A stretch of 64,000 bases of DNA from a virus, in IMG/VR virus record IMGVR_UViG_3300017917_003866, positions 1 through 64,000 of that record, one strand, 5' to 3'. This document shows positions 49,540 to 59,276 of this stretch, piece after piece. The notes beneath the pieces are model-generated. The model saw only the letters and a list, made by a program, of their open reading frames with translations. It made no database searches and was not told the DNA's origin. The position numbers and the translations under genes were made by a program. Within the stretch, counting starts at the first letter, position 1; each line of letters starts with the position of its first letter.

Positions 49540-51867
49540 ATGGCTTACACATCTACAGAAAGATTCATAAAATTTGGTAGTTATCTACTAATGGAGTATG
49601 ACTATACTACTGCTCCAACACCTGAGCTTTATTACGTAAATACAGGTAATCCTGCAATAGGATTTGAGAAAATAGTCAATGGATACTTTAATAATTCTGT
49701 ACAGATATTAAATAATCCAGCAGCAGAATCCACAACAGGAAACGTAAGAGATCTGAGTGTTGTACAGATAGACAAGAATAGATTTGTAACTCTAGATCAA
49801 GATTATCTTGTTCCTTATTTAGATACAGATTCGAAATTAACTCCGGTAAATAATCTTCCGGTAGTTTTCCCTTCAAATATCGGAGTTTATTATGATACGA
49901 TAAAATTCCATATAGTAGCAGGATACAATTTCGAGAATATAGATGGTATTATATTAAAAGGAGAATTTCAAGAAAGGACCGGGAAAAAAGCAACTATCTT
50001 TCAAAGATTAATAACAAAATCTGATACATCTTCGGTAGTTCTTAATCCTAATCCTATTTATTTAGGAGGTGCTCTTTATGATCACTATATAGAGATTAAG
50101 ATCCCTGCTTATGCTAATATGGTTTATGAATTTGATATATTAGCAAACACACCAGCACAAGCTAGTACTTTAGCAGCTAAAATATCTTCAGACGGAAACG
50201 GATTTCTAAAAGACGCACCGGTAAATATAAGCTTATATGAAATAACCCAGAGTCTACTTAAAAATGGATACGAGAATTATATAGCTCAGTCTAGAAATTC
50301 TTTGTCTGTAATACCTAAGGATAATTTTTCATCTTTATCTGCAGTAATACAACAGAATCAATTTTACAATTACTTAGAATTTTATCCAACTTGGGATGGA
50401 AACTTCTTAGAAGATTTCTTAAATGCTGAAGGTAAGGTAGGAAATGTTTATTATGTAATAAATGAAATAGAAGTAAAAGAACAAGTTGGATTATCATATA
50501 TTACAACGTACAATTTTACTAGTACACAAACACAGGATTTTAATGCCCCTAGCATATTTAGACCTGTCCTTATAAATCCTTTAACTACATCATTCTTGGT
50601 TAATTATACTATGAGACTAGTTAACAAAGGAAATCAGAATCAGATAATTAGAAGATCTTCTTTTAGCTCTTTTGACGTAAACAAATATGGAAGAGAAAAT
50701 AACATTATATCACTTACAACTGGTGCTTACTCACAGAAGGTTTATAATAAGATAGTACAAGCACCAAATGTTATATCAGGTGGCGTTATTCCTAATCCAG
50801 CAACTCCTATCGAGAAGAGAATACCTGTATTTTACAAGGATAACAATATCTCAATAACAAAAGAAACATTGGTTGTTGATAAAAATGGAAATTTAATATC
50901 TGAGACATCCGTTCCTGGAGCAACTCAAATATTCGGACAGGGTAAAGCAAAAATAGTCGTGGATCCTTTTGACAACTTCTATAAGTTTACTGTCTATAAT
51001 TATAAAGAGGGTACTTCGCCAGAAATATTAGATCTTGGAACTTCACTTAGCTATTTTATAGTTTTTCTAGATAGCAGTGGTCAGAGTGTAAGAGTTGAAA
51101 ATATAAAAAATAAGAATGCGGTATCCAATCCTTCTGCAGGACAAATAGCATTTAAAGTAGTAGATACTAATTCCAAAAAGATACTAGGATTTATCTCTAG
51201 GGATTTTTATATTATAACAAAAACACAAGACGGAACAGAGACTAAATTATATTCAGGATCTTGGGAGACACAAGCTGAATATGTAGCAAGAACAACGGTA
51301 ACTACGACTACAACATCTGCTACTGGAGTTACTGGAGCAGCGGTTGTTACAACTACAGAAGTTGCAGTTACAGGAGCAAGTGGATCTACTGGAGCTAGTA
51401 TAAATAAAGGTAATCAGATAGCTTCTAAAGTTCCTTTAACTAAAGTTATAAAAAATATTAAGCCTTATACATTAGGAAGCAGTTCTATCCTGAGTGTTAA
51501 ACCTGCATCAATGCTTAACACAACGGGAGGATTTGTAAAAACCGGTAAAGGGGAAAGTACTACTCCTTTAAAAAGTAGTAGTCAAGTTAACAATATAAAC
51601 ATAGATGCTTTAGCAGATTCTATCTCCGGAAGAGAATCCCAAGGATTGGATGTACAAAAAGTAGTTAACTATTACTTTACACCTGGAGCACCTGGATCTA
51701 ATCTATTTAAAGGACTTAAAGCAAGCCAGTTCTTAACTGCAGCTCTTCAGGTCCATCCTAAATTAGAAAATGGAGCATTTGATAAAAAATATATACAATA
51801 TTGTAATGCTTTAGGATTCCCTGTTACTGATAATCCTAATTCGGCAAAAAATAATCCTAATAAATGA
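49540..51867 (+). CDS. Putative virion structural protein with Thr/Gly-rich linker
   Basis: 775 aa downstream of the late motif; TTVTTTTTSATGVTGAAVVTTTEVAVTGASGSTGAS linker. Confidence 0.5.
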   Translation: MAYTSTERFIKFGSYLLMEYDYTTAPTPELYYVNTGNPAIGFEKIVNGYFNNSVQILNNPAAESTTGNVRDLSVVQIDKNRFVTLDQDYLVPYLDTDSKLTPVNNLPVVFPSNIGVYYDTIKFHIVAGYNFENIDGIILKGEFQERTGKKATIFQRLITKSDTSSVVLNPNPIYLGGALYDHYIEIKIPAYANMVYEFDILANTPAQASTLAAKISSDGNGFLKDAPVNISLYEITQSLLKNGYENYIAQSRNSLSVIPKDNFSSLSAVIQQNQFYNYLEFYPTWDGNFLEDFLNAEGKVGNVYYVINEIEVKEQVGLSYITTYNFTSTQTQDFNAPSIFRPVLINPLTTSFLVNYTMRLVNKGNQNQIIRRSSFSSFDVNKYGRENNIISLTTGAYSQKVYNKIVQAPNVISGGVIPNPATPIEKRIPVFYKDNNISITKETLVVDKNGNLISETSVPGATQIFGQGKAKIVVDPFDNFYKFTVYNYKEGTSPEILDLGTSLSYFIVFLDSSGQSVRVENIKNKNAVSNPSAGQIAFKVVDTNSKKILGFISRDFYIITKTQDGTETKLYSGSWETQAEYVARTTVTTTTTSATGVTGAAVVTTTEVAVTGASGSTGASINKGNQIASKVPLTKVIKNIKPYTLGSSSILSVKPASMLNTTGGFVKTGKGESTTPLKSSSQVNNINIDALADSISGRESQGLDVQKVVNYYFTPGAPGSNLFKGLKASQFLTAALQVHPKLENGAFDKKYIQYCNALGFPVTDNPNSAKNNPNK

Positions 51868-52415
51868 TTTTAAATGCCAGGCAGAACGGCTTTATATTTA
51901 ACTTCCCAAAGGGATTTATTATACCAGAGGTCGTTCAGAAATATGAAAAATATATCAATAGGATGCCAATTCCTTATGATACTGTAGATACTTTTATAAA
52001 CTCTACTATACAGCAGGTAAATTTTCCTACGCTGAGAACTATAGATAGCGTTGAGCAAATAAGACCCGGTGGTTTTAAGCAGTCTTATAAAAGTGCTACA
52101 ACTCTTCAAAATTTAATTCAAAGGGATTTTACAGTCACTTTTAAATTAGGTGAGGGTTTTATAAACTATTGGGTCCTTTATGAAAATATAATAAAATTCT
52201 TAGATTTCCAGAATCCTAACGAGTACCTTCCGGACTTTAGATTACTAATGCTAGATAATGATGGTGTAGTTATGACTAGTGTTCTTTTACAACAGCCGAT
52301 ATATACATCACTGTCGGAGATACAATTAAACTATGCTAGTACTACTCCGCAATTTTCAACATTCAGCATAGGATTTAAATGTAATTATGTTAATGTCAAA
52401 CTTGAAATTGGATAG
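51864..52415 (+). CDS. Tail completion / tube terminator, T4 gp3-like (tube fold)
   Basis: QVNFP, FTVTFKLGEGFINYWVLYE, LLMLDN, TSLSEIQL, FSIGFKCNY follow the gp3/gp19 pattern. Confidence 0.55.
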   Translation: MILNARQNGFIFNFPKGFIIPEVVQKYEKYINRMPIPYDTVDTFINSTIQQVNFPTLRTIDSVEQIRPGGFKQSYKSATTLQNLIQRDFTVTFKLGEGFINYWVLYENIIKFLDFQNPNEYLPDFRLLMLDNDGVVMTSVLLQQPIYTSLSEIQLNYASTTPQFSTFSIGFKCNYVNVKLEIG

Positions 52416-53088
52416 GATAATAGGAATAGATTTCTCTTTAAATAGTCCAGGCTTTTGTATTTTAGAATCTGATAGCTGTAAATGGATTAGTCTACATCGA
52501 ACAAAAAACATAATAGACAAGATGTTAAAAAAGGAGGGATCTCCTTTTAAAATCCTAAATGATAATTCTAGCGTAGACATAAATATTATAGAGAAGAAGG
52601 AATTCAAAGGCGAATATCACATAATAGAAAGGGATAAAATAGTTAATGCTGTTTATTTTTCAGAGGTAGTTATGGATCTATTAAATCCTTATTTAGATGG
52701 AAGCACCATAGTAGGAATGGAAGGATTATCTTTTGGATCTTCTGGTAATTCTTTAATTGATATCTCAATGACCACAGCATTAGTTAGATCATCTATAATT
52801 AAAAAGATAGATCCTAATAATTTTTTTGTTCTGTCCCCTACTACAATTAAAAAATATGCTCTAAAAGGCAATTCAAAAAAAGACGAGCTTTATAATACAT
52901 TAATAGAAAAAAGAATAGAAGATAATAGGCTTAAGCCATTTTTAAACGTTTTAAAAGAATATAGGGATTCATGGATTAAAGGATCTAACAAAGTTGAGGG
53001 TCCTTGTTCTGACTTAGTTGATGCAACATGGATATCTTTATTCGTTGAGGAGAATTTAGAGAAACTTTTACTTGGTAAGAAGGTATAA
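52387..53088 (+). CDS. RuvC-like Holliday junction resolvase
   Basis: IIGIDFSLNSPG, MEGLSFGS, PTTIKKYA.KGNSKK, DLVDA: the four RuvC acidic positions. Confidence 0.78.
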   Translation: MLMSNLKLDRIIGIDFSLNSPGFCILESDSCKWISLHRTKNIIDKMLKKEGSPFKILNDNSSVDINIIEKKEFKGEYHIIERDKIVNAVYFSEVVMDLLNPYLDGSTIVGMEGLSFGSSGNSLIDISMTTALVRSSIIKKIDPNNFFVLSPTTIKKYALKGNSKKDELYNTLIEKRIEDNRLKPFLNVLKEYRDSWIKGSNKVEGPCSDLVDATWISLFVEENLEKLLLGKKV

Positions 53089-53089
53089 G
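53061..53089 (+). promoter_or_regulatory. Putative early/middle promoter GAAACT-N17-TATAAG
   Basis: 39 nt upstream of the SSB ATG; same spacing as the sites at 5651 and 20216. Confidence 0.5.
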
Positions 53090-53128
53090 TATTAAATAAT
53101 AAGTAATAATTTAAATAATTTAAGAATC

Positions 53129-54088
53129 ATGGAAGAAAATTTTGACATTTTTAATCTGGACAATGAGGCATTTGTTAAACAAGAAGTTAAAAGAGATGAG
53201 GATGAGTTTATCTATAAACCTTATCCTGAATTAGGAAAAGATGGTGTTTATAAATCTTTGGTTAGATTTTTACCAAACATCACTAATCCAAAAAAATCAA
53301 AAATTCACCAATATTATGTTTGGTTGAAAGATCCAGTAGATGGTGCAAATCACAAAGCTATTTGTCCTTCTACAGTAGGTAAGAAATCAGTTCTTAAAGA
53401 CCTATACTGGAAGCTAAAAAATTCTGCTTCTGCTAAAGATCAGGAAATTTCTAAAGCTTTCTCAAGAAAAGAAGATTTCTATTCATTAATTCAAGTAGTT
53501 AAAGATGCTAATAGACCTGATTTAGAAGGGAAAATTATGATCTTTAAATTCGGTCGAAAAGTTAATGATATGATCGAACAACAAATTAAACCAGAATTCG
53601 GTAATCCTTCTAACCCTTACGATTTATTCGAAGGTAAAAACTTTGGTATTCAAGTTAGAAAGGTTGGAGAATGGAACAACTATGACCTTTGTCAATTTGT
53701 TGGAGATAAAATGCCAATAATGATTAACGGGGAAGCGGTTGAAAAAACTGAAGAAGGTAGAGAAATAGTAACAAAATATCTAAAGACTGGACCTCTAGAT
53801 TTAGATAAGTATGATTACAACGATTGGAGTGACGAAGAGACTGAAAAGATCATGAGAATTATTAGAAACACTATTCCTGACGGAAGAATGGTTTCTGAAA
53901 TTATCGGTTCTAGTGTAGATTCTAAATCTTCTCCTGCAACTTCTGTTGAGGATTTTTACGAGCAAGCTAATACCTCACAGACTACCGGATATGCTGAAGA
54001 CGAAGAGACTTCTGCTCCTTCCAAACCAGCTAAAACCGCTACTAAAAAATCAGCACCATCTTTGGACGATCTTTATAATGATCTATAA
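53129..54088 (+). CDS. Single-stranded DNA-binding protein, T4 gp32-like
   Basis: VRFLP, IFKFGRKV, PYDLFEGKNF..VRKVGEWNNYD, acidic tail ending LDDLYNDL. Confidence 0.85.
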   Translation: MEENFDIFNLDNEAFVKQEVKRDEDEFIYKPYPELGKDGVYKSLVRFLPNITNPKKSKIHQYYVWLKDPVDGANHKAICPSTVGKKSVLKDLYWKLKNSASAKDQEISKAFSRKEDFYSLIQVVKDANRPDLEGKIMIFKFGRKVNDMIEQQIKPEFGNPSNPYDLFEGKNFGIQVRKVGEWNNYDLCQFVGDKMPIMINGEAVEKTEEGREIVTKYLKTGPLDLDKYDYNDWSDEETEKIMRIIRNTIPDGRMVSEIIGSSVDSKSSPATSVEDFYEQANTSQTTGYAEDEETSAPSKPAKTATKKSAPSLDDLYNDL

Positions 54089-54102
54089 AAAAATAGATTA
54101 TT

Positions 54103-55176
54103 ATGGAAACAAAGGATATAAGTGGACTATCTGTAGATAGGGTAAAAGGAATAGTATCTTCCGCTCTACTTAAGTTCTTTGGAAATGATCCTCAAAGATT
54201 AAAAATCTACCAAGGGGGCAACAGATTAAACTTCTGTTGCCCTTATTGTGGAGATTCGAAAGATCCAAAGAAAAAGAGAGGAAACCTATACACAGACACA
54301 TTAACGTATAAATGCTATAACGGAGGATGTGGAGTTTTTAAAAATTTAAATCAATTTACAAGGGATTTTGAAATCCAATCGATGCTAACTTCTGACGAGA
54401 TATCAGAGATAGCAACAATTTCTAGAGATTCTACAATAAGGAAAAAAATAAGGAACTCTTTGGATTATTTCTTCGCAGAAAATTATAAAGACATATTAAT
54501 TGACAGGGAAGAATTTAAAGAAAAATTAGGTCTAATAGAATTAGAAGGAACATACGGAGAAAAATGGTTAAAAGAAAGAAATCATTTTCCCGATTCTAAG
54601 TTCTTGTGGGATCCTTACAGAAGGAATCTTTATCTTTTAAACCTTTCAGGAGACGAGAAAAAAATCCTAGGAATACAAATACGGCCAGTAGTTAAAAAGA
54701 ATGGAGGTAGCAAATACTATACATATAAGTTAAGTGGTATTTATAAAAATCTATTAAAGATAACAGATTCGGAGATTATATTAAAGGCAGAGGAAGTAGA
54801 TCCTATATCAAATGTATTCGGATTTTCAACAGTTGACCTAGATAGTATGATTACGACTTTCGAAGGTCCTTTAGATGCTTGGCTTTGTCCTAATTCCATA
54901 GCTCTCTGTTCTATAAACAATCCATTCCCTTTTGAAGTTACAAATAAAAGATGGATGTTAGATGGGGATGATGTTGGTAGACAAAAAGCTAGAGAATTTC
55001 TAGAGAATGGGGAACAGGTTTTTCTTTGGGGTAGATTTATAAAAGAATGTGATTTACCAGAAAGAGATAAATGGGATCTTAATGATGTTGTTAATTACGT
55101 TAGATCCACTGGAAAGAAGATAAAGAGACTTGATAATTTCTTTTCTTCCGACAAATGGGATATTATAGATGTATGA
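54103..55176 (+). CDS. DNA primase, T4 gp61-like
   Basis: Zinc ribbon CPYCGDS...YKCYNGGC; TOPRIM FEGPLDA and LDGDDVG; KWDLND. Confidence 0.85.
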   Translation: METKDISGLSVDRVKGIVSSALLKFFGNDPQRLKIYQGGNRLNFCCPYCGDSKDPKKKRGNLYTDTLTYKCYNGGCGVFKNLNQFTRDFEIQSMLTSDEISEIATISRDSTIRKKIRNSLDYFFAENYKDILIDREEFKEKLGLIELEGTYGEKWLKERNHFPDSKFLWDPYRRNLYLLNLSGDEKKILGIQIRPVVKKNGGSKYYTYKLSGIYKNLLKITDSEIILKAEEVDPISNVFGFSTVDLDSMITTFEGPLDAWLCPNSIALCSINNPFPFEVTNKRWMLDGDDVGRQKAREFLENGEQVFLWGRFIKECDLPERDKWDLNDVVNYVRSTGKKIKRLDNFFSSDKWDIIDV

Positions 55177-55361
55177 GAAAGAAAAAGGAGAACAATAATA
55201 AGATAAAATTTCCAGTAGAAATCAAAGGTGATTTTGAGCTTCCTGATTTTGATGTTTCTGAAAACTTTTCAGTACCTAAACTAAAAAATAAGATAAGTTC
55301 GGAAGTTAAAGAAGTAACTAAAATAAAGAAAAATAAATGTCAGAGCAACAGTCTAATGTAG
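55173..55361 (+). CDS. Small basic hypothetical protein (probable start ATG 55173)
   Basis: ATGA overlap with the primase stop; fills the gap before UvsY. Confidence 0.45.
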   Translation: MRKKKENNNKIKFPVEIKGDFELPDFDVSENFSVPKLKNKISSEVKEVTKIKKNKCQSNSLM

Positions 55362-55804
55362 AGAAAAAAGATTTCGCTAGGGATTTCCAACTAGATAGAG
55401 AAGAGTGGACTGAAAAAATAAGAACCCTTTCTATCAGGATGAAAAATATTAGAGAACTTGCGGAGGTTCAAGTTGATCTTTATTCTAGTAGACAGATTCT
55501 TTTAGAAATGTATTCTAAACTTGGTCAGGTGATGGTTAAACTTAATGCTAAGTATAGGAAGGATAAAGCTGAAAGACTTAGATATTATTCTGAATCAGTT
55601 CAGGTTAAATACGGAGCTAACGAGAAGACGCCTTTAATTGAAGGAGACTTATCAGAATTAAAAGAAAGAATGGATTTAGTAGATGGACAAATATCATTCT
55701 TTAATGAGACTATGAAAACCGTAGATCATATGCTATATGGTGTGAAGAGTCGAATAGCACTGGAGGAATATTTAAGATCCGGCGCGGTTAAAAATAATTA
55801 TTAA
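55337..55804 (+). CDS. Recombination mediator UvsY-like
   Basis: Helical 155-aa protein directly before UvsW; RLRYYS...LIEGD...MLYGVKSRIALEEYLRSG pattern. Confidence 0.6.
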   Translation: MSEQQSNVEKKDFARDFQLDREEWTEKIRTLSIRMKNIRELAEVQVDLYSSRQILLEMYSKLGQVMVKLNAKYRKDKAERLRYYSESVQVKYGANEKTPLIEGDLSELKERMDLVDGQISFFNETMKTVDHMLYGVKSRIALEEYLRSGAVKNNY

Positions 55805-55806
55805 TA

Positions 55807-57348
55807 ATGTTAATATTTAGAGTAAGTGAGGACAACAACTGGCTAAGTTTAATAGATTATTCAGAAGAATTTGAAAGGAAACAGATAGACATATCCTTAA
55901 CTAAAAAAATACATAATCACTTTTTTCATCCCCTTGTTAAGAAAAAACATTGGGATGGGTCTATATGTTTCGTAGACAAAAAGCTTCCTGTATGGAGAGT
56001 TCCTATAGGATTATGGTCTGAAATTTATCAGATATGCGAAAAATATAAGATAGAGGTAAAGATTGAAGGACTCGAGAGATTAATAGATCAGAATTTTACA
56101 TTAGAAATCTTTACTGATTGGTGTAATAATTTCTTTAAAGGAGGAGTTGGTGGGGATCCTAATAAAATGCCTAGAGACTATCAGATAGAAACTGCATGGA
56201 AAATAATAAAATTTAAACTTTCGGTTTCTGAGGTTGCTACTAGCTCAGGAAAAACACTGATTGCTTTTATTGTTATGGCTTATCTTAAGGAAGTAATGAA
56301 AGTTAAAAAATTCCTTATGATAGTTCCTAATACTAATCTAGTTCTCCAAGGTTCCGAAGATTTTGAAGAATACGGATTAGAGAAACTGGAAGATTGCGAG
56401 ATTCAGCAGATCCATGGATCTAACAAGAAAAAAATATCGGGAGGGCTAATGATAGGTACTTATCAATCTTTGGTTAAGATGGAGCCTGAGTTCTTTGACG
56501 ACGTGGAAGCGGTTTTTGTTGACGAGTGTCACCAAGCTCAAAGTGCATCGATTAAAAAAGTAGTAGCACTTTGTAAAGATTCTAAATGGAGATTTGGGTT
56601 ATCAGGAACTTTAGCAAATAAAAACACTGCGGAGTATTTAACTATTCAGCAATTCTTGGGTCCACTAATAATGGAAATATCCCCTAAGTTCCTATTTGAT
56701 AATAAGTATGCTACCCCGGTTTCTATCAAGATTGTAAAGATGGATTGGATGGATCCTGAAGTAAAACAAAAACTATCATCTCTAAAGGAAAATAAAACCG
56801 AAATGGAGGGTAATGATCTATTTAATCTGGAAAGAAAATTAGTAGTAGCATCAGATAAAAGACTTAATTATATAATAGATTTCGTTCTTAAGACCTCTAA
56901 AAATTCATTAATACTTTTCCAGTCAGTAGGAGAAGGATACGGTAAAAAGATATATGACGGAATAAAAGAAAAATCTAATGATAGAGAAGTTTATTATATA
57001 GATGGGGATACTGATCCTGATAAGAGGGATATTTTTACTAAAAGAATGGAAGATGGTACTAATAAAATAATGGTTGCTTCTTTCGGTACAATGTCTACTG
57101 GTATTTCTGTAAAAAATATACATAACATATTTCTAACAGAGTCTTATAAATCGGAGGTTTTGATAAAACAAAGTTTGGGTAGGGGAATGAGATTATTTGA
57201 GGGAAAGGAGAAAGTTAATATAATAGACTTTGTTGATGATTTTGCATGGGAGGGAAAGGAAAACTATTTATTAAAGCATTCTAAAGAGAGAATAGAAATT
57301 TATAAGAGAGAGCATTTTGATTATAAGATCTATAACGTCAAAATTTAG
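55807..57348 (+). CDS. uvsW: SF2 DNA helicase UvsW-like
   Basis: WDGSI, PRDYQ, ATSSGKT, VDECH, RFGLSGT, STGISVKNIH, QSLGRGMR, IIDFVDD. Confidence 0.9.
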   Translation: MLIFRVSEDNNWLSLIDYSEEFERKQIDISLTKKIHNHFFHPLVKKKHWDGSICFVDKKLPVWRVPIGLWSEIYQICEKYKIEVKIEGLERLIDQNFTLEIFTDWCNNFFKGGVGGDPNKMPRDYQIETAWKIIKFKLSVSEVATSSGKTLIAFIVMAYLKEVMKVKKFLMIVPNTNLVLQGSEDFEEYGLEKLEDCEIQQIHGSNKKKISGGLMIGTYQSLVKMEPEFFDDVEAVFVDECHQAQSASIKKVVALCKDSKWRFGLSGTLANKNTAEYLTIQQFLGPLIMEISPKFLFDNKYATPVSIKIVKMDWMDPEVKQKLSSLKENKTEMEGNDLFNLERKLVVASDKRLNYIIDFVLKTSKNSLILFQSVGEGYGKKIYDGIKEKSNDREVYYIDGDTDPDKRDIFTKRMEDGTNKIMVASFGTMSTGISVKNIHNIFLTESYKSEVLIKQSLGRGMRLFEGKEKVNIIDFVDDFAWEGKENYLLKHSKERIEIYKREHFDYKIYNVKI

Positions 57349-57355
57349 GAAATAG

Positions 57356-57363
57356 GATATATA
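57356..57363 (+). promoter_or_regulatory. Putative late promoter GATATATA
   Basis: Intergenic after uvsW, at the start of the right-hand cluster. Confidence 0.55.
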
Positions 57364-57384
57364 GAGTAGAAATAAAGTACTTTG

Positions 57385-57990
57385 ATGCAAAAAATTAAAA
57401 ACTTTAAGGATTTTTGTCAAATTAATGAGTCTAACGAGGAGCTTTTTTTTAGAAGGCATCTTGGTAATAACGCTTCAAGCTATGATGATCGTGCTAAAAA
57501 TCATTATGATTTAGGTGATAATCCTTCAGTGTTACAAAAAACTAAAAACTTCTTCCAAAAAATGGAAGATAGAATCAATAGAGCTGCTGAAATAGGTAAA
57601 CAACAAGTTAGACAAAATAGAGCAAGCAGAACTCACGGAGGTCCTGATACAGGATTCGAAATTCTTTTCGGATCCTTATCTGTGGTTCCTAATGTGTTAA
57701 AAAGAGTATTTGCCCCTACTAAATATGAGTTTACTAAGAAAGCACCTAGTGAAGATAAGGTAGATCTAGAATTTATGAGGCATACAAATGAAGATTTTGC
57801 TCAAAACGAACTTCCTAATATCAAAACTGAGGATCAGTTAGCTGATCATATAGGTGATTTATATAATAGAGGTGATGTTGTAATGGGCCAAGTACCAGTA
57901 TTAGATGATATAGCTAGAAATAGGGTAAATCTTTATTACCAACATCAGGCAAATCCATCCCAACCTATATTCCAAACAAATAATGTATAA
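57385..57990 (+). CDS. Hypothetical protein, possible internal head protein
   Basis: N-terminus MQKIKNFKDFCQINES resembles a capsid-targeting leader. Confidence 0.55.
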   Translation: MQKIKNFKDFCQINESNEELFFRRHLGNNASSYDDRAKNHYDLGDNPSVLQKTKNFFQKMEDRINRAAEIGKQQVRQNRASRTHGGPDTGFEILFGSLSVVPNVLKRVFAPTKYEFTKKAPSEDKVDLEFMRHTNEDFAQNELPNIKTEDQLADHIGDLYNRGDVVMGQVPVLDDIARNRVNLYYQHQANPSQPIFQTNNV

Positions 57991-57993
57991 AAA

Positions 57994-58830
57994 ATGAAAA
58001 AATTCTCTTTAGCAGTAGAAAAAAAGAAAGAAGAACTAAAAGAAAGTCAGATAGTTAATGAAAGAAACATGTATCTTGAGTTCTCAAAGAAATATCATAA
58101 AAAACATGGTGTTTCTGGTCCTTTTGATAAAAAATTTAATGGGGACGAAAAAGAACAAGAAAAATACATGGATGGTCTATCAAAAGCTTGGACTGAGTAC
58201 AAAAAAGAGAAAGGTATAAAACCTAAATCTAGCGGATCCAAGTTTGATTTTGCAAAGAAGAAGGTTAACGAATCTAAAGCACTTGAAATGGCTAAAAGCA
58301 TGATAGGTGACGGAGGAGATCCTAACTATCACTTTGTAACAATGTGCGACGATTTCTATTTTGATAAAACCGGAGAGATGGTAAGATATAGCAAAGATAT
58401 GCTTTCGTCTCCTCTTAAAGTAAAAACAACTCCCGACCTAGGAGCTTATACTTTTGGTCCTTTTGCAAATTTAGAAGAATCAAAAATGTTTGCTGCAAGT
58501 ATAGAATTAGACGAGATCAACGGTCCTAGAATGGTAACAATAGAGGATAGAAAAACTGGTGAGGTTTATACTAGATATTTGACTTGTAAAATGCAACCAG
58601 TTTGGAATGAAATTGAAGAGGAAGAGGATATCGAAGACGAGGAGGAAGAATACGAAGATCCTAATTCTGAATATACTTACGGAGAAGAACACGAGGAGGA
58701 TCACGACGAGACTGAGGATGAGGAAGATGAGGACGAAGAAGATGGTGATGAATATACTGCTACTATACCTCAAGGAGACGATGATGAAGTCGAAGACGAA
58801 ATTGAAGACGAATACGACGAAGAAGAATAA
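57994..58830 (+). CDS. Hypothetical protein with basic N-terminal part and very acidic C-terminal tail
   Basis: Last ~70 aa mostly D/E; LKES, VNER and VNES sites. Confidence 0.65.
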   Translation: MKKFSLAVEKKKEELKESQIVNERNMYLEFSKKYHKKHGVSGPFDKKFNGDEKEQEKYMDGLSKAWTEYKKEKGIKPKSSGSKFDFAKKKVNESKALEMAKSMIGDGGDPNYHFVTMCDDFYFDKTGEMVRYSKDMLSSPLKVKTTPDLGAYTFGPFANLEESKMFAASIELDEINGPRMVTIEDRKTGEVYTRYLTCKMQPVWNEIEEEEDIEDEEEEYEDPNSEYTYGEEHEEDHDETEDEEDEDEEDGDEYTATIPQGDDDEVEDEIEDEYDEEE

Positions 58831-58832
58831 AA

Positions 58833-59276
58833 ATGTTTAATCCTATACAGAGTACAGCACTTTATCCAGTTTTACAGCATTATACAGGATGTAAGATATC
58901 TTCAATATCTTTAGAGGGAGATGATTTTATATTCAAAACACTTTTAGGAGAAAATGGTATACTCAAGGAGGATATTACGGGAAACTGGAGTATTAAAATA
59001 GGACAAGAGCTTGTTTATACGATAGAAAAAGATATTTTCAATGTATTGATCAATCCGGACAAAAAAAGCTCTTTAGAAGACTACATAGATATACTAAATG
59101 ATCTATTTAATAATAAGGATATAAGTTATAGATCTAGACTTTTAGTAGTAAATATCATGAAATTTTTAGAGGAATATATAATAAGTTCAGATTTCGTCCC
59201 TAAGAAAAGCTTAAGGATAGGACCTCTTTTAATTTATAATTTAAAAGGTAGAAAAATTATTAATTGTTTAAACTGA
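58833..59276 (+). CDS. Hypothetical protein
   Basis: 147-aa ORF; TGATG overlap with the next gene. Confidence 0.6.
   Translation: MFNPIQSTALYPVLQHYTGCKISSISLEGDDFIFKTLLGENGILKEDITGNWSIKIGQELVYTIEKDIFNVLINPDKKSSLEDYIDILNDLFNNKDISYRSRLLVVNIMKFLEEYIISSDFVPKKSLRIGPLLIYNLKGRKIINCLN

Noticed and set aside
52387-53088. RuvC-like ORF as TnpB/Cas12 or a transposase
   Set aside because: Only 233 aa, no zinc ribbon, no terminal repeats or array, and it sits beside SSB and primase as expected for a resolvase.
58607-58840. Overlapping very basic 77-aa ORF
   Set aside because: Frame-shifted shadow of the GAA/GAC-rich acidic tail of 57994-58830.
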